In this document: positions 47,583 to 53,938 of the stretch, one piece after another
Layout: each line of letters opens with the position of its first letter
Numbering within the stretch: the first letter of the stretch is position 1
Virus record (IMG/VR): IMGVR_UViG_3300044491_001751
Coordinates: 1-53,938 of that record
Direction: 5' to 3' (one strand)
DNA from: a virus
Taxonomy: Duplodnaviria; Caudoviricetes
Length of the DNA stretch: 53,938 nt
Position numbers and translations under genes: made by a program
The notes under the pieces: generated by a model
Database searches by the model: none
Seen by the model: the letters and a program-made list of their open reading frames with translations, nothing else
What the model was told of the DNA's origin: nothing

Positions 47583-47882
47583 TGGAGCTGGGGGGATTCG
47601 AACCCCCGTCCGATAAGCCATCGTCTGTTCTTCTACGTGCGTAGGCTCTACCAGCCACGGTACTGCGGTTTGCGTTTGCGGTCGCCACCGTAATGCTGTG
47701 TTCTATTTATTTAAACCCTGTGGCGATTAGTTAGAACTACTTCTACCAGAGGGGCTCAGCTAAGCAGCTAGAGCGAATGCAGACTGTGAGTTTGCGTTTA
47801 TTTTTGTTGCCCGATTCAAGAGGTACAGGCTTCTCTGCACGCTTCACCAGATTCAAACATACCGTCGAAACCAGTCAGCCCC
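47583..47882 (-). ncRNA. ssrA: tmRNA, tag peptide (A)ANSQSAFALAA
   Basis: 5' GGGGCTGACTGGTTTCGAC; 3' GACGGGGGTTCGAATCCCCCCAGCTCCA with G3:U wobble; resume context AATAAAC-GCA; tag ORF 47760-47795. Confidence 0.95.
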
Positions 47883-47886
47883 ATAT

Positions 47887-48054
47887 TTAGTTGTCGTTTG
47901 TTACTACAGTTCCTACTTGCTCTAGGTCGGTAACTAGAGCGGCTTCTTCTGCAGTTGCAGTTCCGTTGATAACTTTAGTAGCTAGAGCCAAAGCAGTGTC
48001 AGCGTCGTCTGCAGTTACTTGATACCGCGCACCTGAGGTGATTATGTATTCCAT
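47887..48054 (-). CDS. small hypothetical protein, 55 aa, probably leaderless
   Basis: MEYIITSGARYQVTADDAD...; TGCTATAAT box 6 nt upstream of the ATG at 48054 (the longer ORF-track start lies inside the tRNA). Confidence 0.7.
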   Translation of the reverse strand: MEYIITSGARYQVTADDADTALALATKVINGTATAEEAALVTDLEQVGTVVTNDN

Positions 48055-48074
48055 ACAAAAATTATAGCACCTTG

Positions 48075-48146
48075 CTCTCCCCCGTGGATTCGAACCACGA
48101 ACCATTCGATTAACAGTCGAACGCTCTGCCGTTGAGCTAGAGGAGA
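48075..48146 (-). tRNA. tRNA-Asn(GTT)
   Basis: TCTCCTC/GGGGAGA acceptor, D-arm TAGCTCAACGGCAGAGC, anticodon arm TTCGA-CTGTTAA-TCGAA, GGTTCGAATCC T-arm; CCA not encoded. Confidence 0.95.
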
Positions 48147-48153
48147 TTGATGG

Positions 48154-48288
48154 CTACTTGTTAGTAACCAATCGACGCTTCGCAGCATCGAAAATCTTTG
48201 GACGCTTCTTTCTAGCTTTACCGTTCTTGCGGTCTGCTCCTGAAGTGTCTTTTACAGGAGCTGGAGCTCCACCCTTACCTTTTGCCAT
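48154..48288 (-). CDS. small highly basic protein, 44 aa (not in ORF track)
   Basis: AAGGAGAGG RBS, TGTTATACT box upstream; MAKGKGGAPAPVKDTSGADRKNGKARKKRPKIFDAAKRRLVTNK*. Confidence 0.75.
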   Translation of the reverse strand: MAKGKGGAPAPVKDTSGADRKNGKARKKRPKIFDAAKRRLVTNK

Positions 48289-48313
48289 ACCTCTCCTTAG
48301 ATCAGTAAAAGTA

Positions 48314-48343
48314 TAACACCCCCGTATTTCTACGAGGGTGTTA
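48314..48343 (-). terminator. hairpin terminating the upstream ncRNA
   Basis: TAACACCC-C-CGTA-TTTC-TACG-A-GGGTGTTA; followed on the - strand by TACTTTT. Confidence 0.6.
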
Positions 48344-48348
48344 AGAGT

Positions 48349-48500
48349 GAGTAGGTGGAATGCGTTTTACCACCAAGGCCTGGTTGCTTCGGTCTCTAAA
48401 GCCCGCTACTAAGCCTACCTACAGTTGGGTTACACCCAGACGTTACTCCCTGCAGTGCCTTACCACCCCGTGCAACTTTGAGGTTGTTCAGCCATACTCC
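48349..48500 (-). ncRNA. structured ncRNA, possibly manA-motif-like
   Basis: ORF-free; closing stem GAGTA/TACTC; hairpins CAAC/GTTG, CTGCAG/CTGTAG enclosing TGGGT/ACCCA, GGCTT/AGGCC, GGTGG/CCACC; own promoter and terminator. Confidence 0.6.
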
Positions 48501-48529
48501 AGCTTTTCCGTCGAATCGCTGTTGGTAAT

Positions 48530-48557
48530 AGATTAGCACCTATTCAGTGCCTGTCAA
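48530..48557 (-). promoter_or_regulatory. sigma70/SigA-type promoter for ncRNA
   Basis: TTGACA (48552-48557), 16-nt spacer ending TGC, TAATCT (48530-48535). Confidence 0.7.
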
Positions 48558-48582
48558 GTTATGTTCGCTCAGAGCGAATTTA

Positions 48583-50769
48583 TTATACGTCGAACCTGTC
48601 GTTGTTCATGACCTTCTCCCATGCGGCGATAAAGTCAATGACAAATTGCTGCTGGCCGTCGTCTGAAGCGTAAACTTCAGCGTAGGCGCGGAGAATCGAG
48701 TTAGACGCAAACACCATGTCTGCGCGAGATGCAATCCACTTGACTTCCTGAGTCTTGCGGTCACGTCCCTGATACAGGTTGTCTAGAACTGGACTCCACT
48801 CGGTGTCCATGTCCAAGATGTTCCTAAAGAAGCATGGCTTGAGGACACCTGGCTGAGTTACCAAGTCGGATACAGCGGAGTTTGCGTGACGCACTCCAAG
48901 AGCACGTAGACCGCCGTACAGAGCAACCATCTCTGGAGGGGTTAGGCCTAGGAGAGCTGCCTTGTCGATTAGTAGACGGTCTAGCGAGTCCGCGTACTTC
49001 TTGTGGCTCCAGTTGATAAACGCATCTGCAACTGGGTAGAGGTGGTTGAATGAATCAACGTCTGTCTGCTCCTGAGTTGCATCACCACGTCCGCCTATGA
49101 AGCCAACAACAACTGGAACTCCGCCGTCGTTTGCAGCCTCTTCAACAGCATAAGAACCAGCGAAGACAATCAGGTCAGCCAAGGACATTCCAGACTCTGG
49201 CTGGATCTCCTTTAGCTTCTCGATAGTTGCAGCAACATCAGAGTTGACTGGCCAGCTCTTCTGTGGCTCTAGGGCGATGCGTGCACCATTCGCTCCACCG
49301 CGCTTGTCAGTGTTGCGGTAGGTTGATGCAGACGCCCATGCAGTGCGGATCAAATCAGTGGCTGTTAGTCCAGAGTTGTCCAAAGCAATGCGAGTCATGT
49401 GCTTCTGAAGGATGGTCGGGTGTGAGCTCGAAGGAACTGGGTCCTGCCACAGTAGAACCTCTGACGGAACTTCTGGGCCATGGTAGCGAGCACGTGGCCC
49501 CATGTCGCGGTGGGTCAGCTTGAACCACGCACGAGCGAAGACGTCAGTGAAGTAGTCGAAGTCCTCTAGGAACTTGCGGCAGATGCGGTCATACTCCTCG
49601 TCTCCGAAACGGAGTGCTAGGTCAGTAGTGAGCATCTTTGGAATTACGTCATCTCCGCCGTGGGCGTGAGGTGCCATGTCTCCTGGCTCAATGTTGATTG
49701 GACGCCACTGCTTTGCACCAGCAGGTGACTCTTCCATCTCCCACTCGTACTTATAGATGAGGCGTAGGTAGTCGTTGTCCCAGCGGGTTGGGTGAGGAGT
49801 CCAAGTAACTTCTAGGCCAGAGGAGATAGTGTCGCCTCCGTGTCCAGCTCCCTGAGAGTTGTTCCAACCAAGACCAACGTCAGCTAGGTTGTCATTAGCC
49901 TCTGGCTCTGGACCAACCTGTGCAGCATCGCCAGCACCGTGAGTCTTACCAAACGCGTGTCCACCAGCGATAAGAGCAACAGTCTCCTCGTCGTTCATGG
50001 CCATGCGACCAAAGGTGGTGCGGATGTCAGCGGCAGCAGCCTTAAAGTCTGGGTTGCCATCTGGACCCTCTGGGTTTACGTAGATGAGACCCATCTGCAC
50101 AGCAGCTAGTGGGTCCTCTAGAGTCTCGGCGTCGCGTGACTCGTCGTAACGCTTGTTAGCTAGCCACTCAGTCTCGTTACCCCAGTAGGTGTTGTCTGGC
50201 TCCCAGACGTCTGCACGTCCGCCAGCAAAACCGAAGGTCGGGAATCCCATGTCTTCGAGAGCAACGTTACCTGCAAGAATCATCAGGTCTGCCCAAGAGA
50301 GCTTGCGACCATACTTCTTCTTGACTGGCCACAGTAGACGACGAGCTTTATCTAGGTTTACGTTGTCTGGCCAAGAGTTAAGCGGAGCGAAACGCTGTAG
50401 GCCTTCGCCTCCACCGCCACGTCCATCTGAAACGCGGTAGGTTCCAGCAGCGTGCCATGCCATACGGATAAAGAATGGACCGTAGTGTCCGTAGTCTGCT
50501 GGCCACCAGCTAACAGAAGTCTTCATGACTTCTACAATTTCGTCTTTTACCTCGGAAAGATCTAGTTTGCCAAACTCTTCAACATAGTCGAAGCCCTCTT
50601 CGTAGGGGTCGCTCTTAGGGTTGCCCTTCAGAAGCGGGTCAACGCTAATTTGGTTTGGCCACCAGTCATTGTTGGTTGTGCCCATCTCGGCACTAGCACC
50701 GCCAGCAGTTCCCATTGGCATAGGGCACTTTGCTTCAGCGGAGCTGTCGTTTACGTCGTAGTTACTCAC
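48583..50769 (-). CDS. katG: catalase-peroxidase
   Basis: [23 protein letters not shown] (distal R/W/H), [64 protein letters not shown]; 728 aa, uninterrupted. Confidence 0.98.
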   Translation of the reverse strand: MSNYDVNDSSAEAKCPMPMGTAGGASAEMGTTNNDWWPNQISVDPLLKGNPKSDPYEEGFDYVEEFGKLDLSEVKDEIVEVMKTSVSWWPADYGHYGPFFIRMAWHAAGTYRVSDGRGGGGEGLQRFAPLNSWPDNVNLDKARRLLWPVKKKYGRKLSWADLMILAGNVALEDMGFPTFGFAGGRADVWEPDNTYWGNETEWLANKRYDESRDAETLEDPLAAVQMGLIYVNPEGPDGNPDFKAAAADIRTTFGRMAMNDEETVALIAGGHAFGKTHGAGDAAQVGPEPEANDNLADVGLGWNNSQGAGHGGDTISSGLEVTWTPHPTRWDNDYLRLIYKYEWEMEESPAGAKQWRPINIEPGDMAPHAHGGDDVIPKMLTTDLALRFGDEEYDRICRKFLEDFDYFTDVFARAWFKLTHRDMGPRARYHGPEVPSEVLLWQDPVPSSSHPTILQKHMTRIALDNSGLTATDLIRTAWASASTYRNTDKRGGANGARIALEPQKSWPVNSDVAATIEKLKEIQPESGMSLADLIVFAGSYAVEEAANDGGVPVVVGFIGGRGDATQEQTDVDSFNHLYPVADAFINWSHKKYADSLDRLLIDKAALLGLTPPEMVALYGGLRALGVRHANSAVSDLVTQPGVLKPCFFRNILDMDTEWSPVLDNLYQGRDRKTQEVKWIASRADMVFASNSILRAYAEVYASDDGQQQFVIDFIAAWEKVMNNDRFDV

Positions 50770-50995
50770 TAATTCCTTCTCCTTGGTTCAGTGTTGCACA
50801 GACAATCCTTGCGATACGGTCTGCGAATATCATGTCTTCTTGTTCTCTAGAAAGAAACGCGGCTCCTGGGGGAGGCTCTGGAGTGTACTCCTTTGCGTTG
50901 CCCGAAAGGATATCGTTTACTCTCGCAGCTACAAGCGTACCAAACTTTTCTTGCATGAGCTGCTTGTTATACATGTTGATTAGATCTTGAGTCAT
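50762..50995 (-). CDS. hypothetical protein
   Basis: 77 aa; its stop overlaps the katG start. Confidence 0.7.
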   Translation of the reverse strand: MTQDLINMYNKQLMQEKFGTLVAARVNDILSGNAKEYTPEPPPGAAFLSREQEDMIFADRIARIVCATLNQGEGISE

Positions 50996-50997
50996 TT

Positions 50998-51579
50998 CTA
51001 TCCTTTAGTAGCTCTATTCTCCTTGCGCACTGGGTTGTAGACCTTGGATGTTGCAGTTATTGGCTGCTTGTAGCCGTAGCGCACAAGTCGAAAGCGTAGA
51101 GCACCGTGAGTAACGCCGAGCCTCTTGGCTAGACGGTACAGGGTAACTCCCTCAACCGTGTGTGCGTGATTAAGAAGCGCGGTGTACTCTTCTGCCTCTT
51201 CGCGGTACTTAGTTCCGTTAGAACGGACCTGCTGGGCGTAGGGCTGCAACTCCAGTAGACGCTTGAGCGTGTCTGGGTGCGGCTCGATGTACTGCGGCTT
51301 CGGTCGCTCTGGCTTTACTGGAGGCTCTGGGATCTCGATATCGAGACTGTAAGAGAACTCTTCAGCCAGCTCGTCAATTGCTTTTGCAATCTGTCGGACG
51401 CGCTCTCTGGTCAGACCAGAGGCGTTAGCAACGGCTTCGTAGGTCCAATTGTTGTTTACCAGTTCTTTAATAAGAGAGTCCCGCTGAGCACCCGTCACGG
51501 AGGTGAAAGCTATCACGATTTCTTTTGGCAGTCTTTGATTTTTCTTGATGTAGTTTTTTTCGTCACTCATGGTTGTCAT
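50998..51579 (-). CDS. double helix-turn-helix DNA-binding protein
   Basis: WTYEAVANASGLTRERVRQI (sigma region 4-like HTH) and VTLYRLAKRLGVTHGALRFRL. Confidence 0.85.
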   Translation of the reverse strand: MTTMSDEKNYIKKNQRLPKEIVIAFTSVTGAQRDSLIKELVNNNWTYEAVANASGLTRERVRQIAKAIDELAEEFSYSLDIEIPEPPVKPERPKPQYIEPHPDTLKRLLELQPYAQQVRSNGTKYREEAEEYTALLNHAHTVEGVTLYRLAKRLGVTHGALRFRLVRYGYKQPITATSKVYNPVRKENRATKG

Positions 51580-51581
51580 TT

Positions 51582-51875
51582 CTATCTCTCTCTTGTAAAT
51601 CTATTCTTTGGTATTCGATTGTTAACTTCAGTGATAGTTACTCGGTAGTGGTCCAGTGATGCCATATCTTGTATGTGTGAAGATATTGCTACATCGGTAA
51701 CATGAACCATTGACTCCAAGAGGGTTACCATCTTCTGAACTTCTTGAACGTCACTGTCTAGTGGGCATTGAATCTCTACCTCGCAGTCAAGCATGTCAAA
51801 GACGCCGCTACCCGCAACTGCATCTCTAAATTCGTTGTAATCAGATACCTTCATTGTTCTTGAATAGCTTGACAC
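51582..51875 (-). CDS. hypothetical protein
   Basis: 97-aa ORF, AAAGGA RBS, coupled to the upstream gene. Confidence 0.7.
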   Translation of the reverse strand: MSSYSRTMKVSDYNEFRDAVAGSGVFDMLDCEVEIQCPLDSDVQEVQKMVTLLESMVHVTDVAISSHIQDMASLDHYRVTITEVNNRIPKNRFTRER

Positions 51876-52030
51876 TATTTTCCTTTCTGGTCATTCATCA
51901 AATCGTCATGGGCATCCTTGGGCAGGAGTGCCAACCCGAAAAAAGTTATTAGTAGCAGTATTAGCCAAGCAAGAAATGATCCTCCTAGTAGAAGGAGCAC
52001 CAGTAGTAGCCACATAGGCATCTCAATCAT
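51875..52030 (-). CDS. small membrane protein, 51 aa (not in ORF track)
   Basis: MIEMPMWLLLVLLLLGGSFLAWLILLLITFFGLALLPKDAHDDLMNDQKGK*; coupled at both ends. Confidence 0.7.
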   Translation of the reverse strand: MIEMPMWLLLVLLLLGGSFLAWLILLLITFFGLALLPKDAHDDLMNDQKGK

Positions 52031-52194
52031 TAGGCTTCCCTTCTTGGGGATAGAACTGCAAACGCTAGTGCAACTAGTCCAAGCGGGGGAGCAAGGTCAG
52101 GTGCCATAAACGCTGCTACCAAGGTAGCGATGATAAAGACAACCGAAAGGATTGCGGTCCATACGAGTGAACGTAGGAAAAGGTATAGCTTCAT
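52030..52194 (-). CDS. small membrane protein, 54 aa (not in ORF track)
   Basis: MKLYLFLRSLVWTAILSVVFIIATLVAAFMAPDLAPPLGLVALAFAVLSPRREA*; two hydrophobic segments. Confidence 0.7.
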   Translation of the reverse strand: MKLYLFLRSLVWTAILSVVFIIATLVAAFMAPDLAPPLGLVALAFAVLSPRREA

Positions 52195-52196
52195 GT

Positions 52197-52376
52197 TTAG
52201 TCTTTCTTGTCTTTGGGGAAGACAACTCCGAGGAGTGGTCCAGGCATGTTCTTTCGAATCTTGCGGAGTCTACGTCCTTCTTTTAGGTTGGCGTAGATTC
52301 CTCGTATAGCGGGGCCCGCGAGGATTAGCACAATGATTGTAAATCCAAGGGCTGGAATTAGCTTTTCTATCTCCAT
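52197..52376 (-). CDS. small membrane protein, 59 aa (not in ORF track)
   Basis: MEIEKLIPALGFTIIVLILAGPAIRGIYANLKEGRRLRKIRKNMPGPLLGVVFPKDKKD*; GGTAAGCT box 6 nt upstream (leaderless). Confidence 0.7.
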   Translation of the reverse strand: MEIEKLIPALGFTIIVLILAGPAIRGIYANLKEGRRLRKIRKNMPGPLLGVVFPKDKKD

Positions 52377-52391
52377 AGGGTTAGCTTACCA

Positions 52392-53069
52392 CTACCAGCG
52401 CAAATATACAACTCTAGAGTTTTCGCTCTCGGCGAACGAGTCGACAGTCTGTAGGTTAGTGTCCTTCTCTGGGTTGGACGCGTGAATCATTAGACCTCCA
52501 CCAATGTAGACGCCGATATGGAAGTAAGACGAAGCACCTGACTTCTGGAAGGCTACGAGGTCTCCAGCAATAGGCGCGTCTACGATTTGCGAACGGATGT
52601 CGCGAACCTGTGCGGTTGCGGAGTGGATTACGTCTTGGAACCCGCGGTGATTGAGATACCACTGGGTAAGCCCAGAGCAGTCCCAGATAAGCGGAGTGTT
52701 ACCGAATCCATATGGAGTCCCAATATGGGACCACAATGCTGTAATAGCGACGTCTACCGCAATCTGCTGGTTGTAGTAAACGTCTGCTTCAGCTTCCTCG
52801 GCTTCCTTTATAAGAAACGCCTTTGCCTCGATGGTCTCAGCGCGAAGCTTTTCCATCTCCATCTGGAACTCTTGCTGCATAGCTAGTGAAGCGAGTGGAC
52901 CTTCGTTGGCATATCTGCTGTAGAAGGACTCGTCCTGCACGTACACAATTTGCGTAGGCGTGTACTCAAACGGCTCTGGGTCAGCCACTGCAACTTGTGC
53001 AGAGCCAACCGCCGAAAGAGTAACTAGCAGTACTACTGCCTCTCCCAATTTCTTCATCGTGTAACTCAC
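52392..53069 (-). CDS. secreted NlpC/P60 peptidoglycan endopeptidase
   Basis: N-terminal signal peptide; GTPYGFG...WDCSGL, GDLVAF, HIGVYIGGG.MIHA (Cys-His-His). Confidence 0.92.
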   Translation of the reverse strand: MSYTMKKLGEAVVLLVTLSAVGSAQVAVADPEPFEYTPTQIVYVQDESFYSRYANEGPLASLAMQQEFQMEMEKLRAETIEAKAFLIKEAEEAEADVYYNQQIAVDVAITALWSHIGTPYGFGNTPLIWDCSGLTQWYLNHRGFQDVIHSATAQVRDIRSQIVDAPIAGDLVAFQKSGASSYFHIGVYIGGGLMIHASNPEKDTNLQTVDSFAESENSRVVYLRW

Positions 53070-53119
53070 GACCTACCTTTCCTTGCGTTAATGCGTAGTC
53101 GTTGTTTGCAATGTGTTCG

Positions 53120-53149
53120 ATTGTATAGGGGCGTTTATTGTTTTGTCAA
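53120..53149 (-). promoter_or_regulatory. SigA-type promoter for NlpC/P60
   Basis: TTGACA (53144-53149), 18-nt spacer, TACAAT (53120-53125). Confidence 0.7.
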
Positions 53150-53152
53150 GCG

Positions 53153-53671
53153 CTAAAGCATGATTCGCTTATACATTGCCCTGTAGGTAACTCCCGCTGC
53201 CTCTGCCAGCTCTTTGATAGGCACGTTGTTGGCGTGCAGTTTCTTGCATAGTTGTGTTAGACGCTCGTTAGCAACCGCGGCTGCAGAAGTAGATGACATG
53301 CGGGAGCGATAAGTACGAGCGAGTGGTGCTAGATAGTGGATCTGTTGCAGGTCATCTGGGTTGATGCCTGGAGACTCTGGACGGACCTTTTGGTATCCGT
53401 TCTCGTCTGTCTTTAGTTTTGGTTTTGGAATAGGGGCGTCTGCGAAAAGCAAGCAAGCGTCACTGTCCCAGTTATCTTCGGCGCGTAGTACCCAGCTGCG
53501 TACGGTGGAGCGAGGGCGTTTGCGAGGGAATGATTGCCCGATGGCATCGAGCGGCCAACCTTGGTCAAAGAGCATCTTTACTCGATATATGAGGACCTCC
53601 TTGGGGAGAGTATTGAGATACTCAACTTCTCCTGGCGGGAGCTGCTGTCCTCTGGCGGCTCGTCTAGACAT
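53153..53671 (-). CDS. double helix-turn-helix DNA-binding protein (paralog of 50998..51579)
   Basis: GWPLDAIG...RSTVRSW and VPIKELAEAAGVTYRAMYKRI; leaderless GGTAGAAT-N6-ATG. Confidence 0.8.
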   Translation of the reverse strand: MSRRAARGQQLPPGEVEYLNTLPKEVLIYRVKMLFDQGWPLDAIGQSFPRKRPRSTVRSWVLRAEDNWDSDACLLFADAPIPKPKLKTDENGYQKVRPESPGINPDDLQQIHYLAPLARTYRSRMSSTSAAAVANERLTQLCKKLHANNVPIKELAEAAGVTYRAMYKRIML

Positions 53672-53699
53672 AGATATATTCTACCCTATGGGGAGTTAG

Positions 53700-53785
53700 A
53701 CGAAATTTTTTAAAAAATTTTTTTCGGATTTTTTGCCTGATTTTTAAAGGGGGGTAGGGGCGTTTTTTACTTTTAGGGGGGTGTC
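53700..53785. other. non-coding homopolymer-rich region (A/T tracts, G runs, AT palindrome)
   Basis: CGAAATTTTTTAAAAAATTTTTTTCG followed by T tracts and G6 runs. Confidence 0.5.
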
Positions 53786-53938
53786 CGTAGCGGAAGAAAT
53801 AGTACCTTAGCATTAACTGCTTTTGATCGGTGAGAAGGAAGCGGCATAGAAACGGCGCGACTCGATTTGTTTCCTAAAAACATAGGGGTCACGCTGTAAA
53901 TCTCTTACAAACTTTCTAGGAACTTCTAGAGGGGGGGA

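Noticed and set aside
47409-47693. 94-aa + strand ORF (…WSWGDSNPRP…)
   Set aside because: Antisense translation of the tmRNA T-arm/acceptor; a typical shadow ORF
48055-48105. N-terminal extension of ORF 47887..48105
   Set aside because: Starts inside tRNA-Asn; the real start is more likely ATG 48054 after a TATAAT box
48583-50769. katG, tRNA and tmRNA as host chromosome flanking a prophage (att site)
   Set aside because: Phage-type genes continue on both sides, no integrase or duplicated tRNA/tmRNA 3' end was seen, and katG overlaps a phage ORF
53070-53150. c-di-AMP (ydaO) riboswitch upstream of NlpC/P60
   Set aside because: Leader is only about 45 nt and lacks the conserved ydaO sequence blocks

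Overview
The whole window is part of a tailed dsDNA (siphovirus-like) bacteriophage genome. It is most likely a freshwater-type actinophage, inferred from WhiB, cluster-B-like head genes, leaderless TANNNT promoters and a tmRNA tag ending FALAA; the host cannot be fixed from sequence. Bases 1-4288 (+) hold a glycosyltransferase/methyltransferase/phosphoesterase block. Everything else reads on the - strand: two paralogous HTH regulators, NlpC/P60 plus small membrane proteins, a full-length catalase-peroxidase (katG), an RNA cluster (structured manA-like ncRNA, tRNA-Asn, compact tmRNA), terminase, portal, a Dps-like ferritin inside the head module, large multidomain head proteins (zincin-bearing 1214 aa; protease-containing 1524 aa), capsid proteins, tail genes with a -1 frameshifted chaperone pair, tape measure, minor tail/fibre proteins, then PolA, RuvC-like, SNF2 helicase, Cas4-like nuclease, AAA NTPase, SSB, a GT-B-like enzyme, SGNH hydrolase, pyrimidine-dimer glycosylase and WhiB. 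The most notable signals are a phage-encoded oxidative/UV defence set (KatG + Dps + glycosylase + WhiB), recurring herpes-assemblin-like (L/I/V)xA/(A/S/G) candidate cleavage sites suggesting a processed head polyprotein/cargo system, and an unannotated structured RNA with its own promoter. No integrase, CRISPR array, IS element or reverse transcriptase was seen. All family calls come from motif recognition by eye; no database searches were run.
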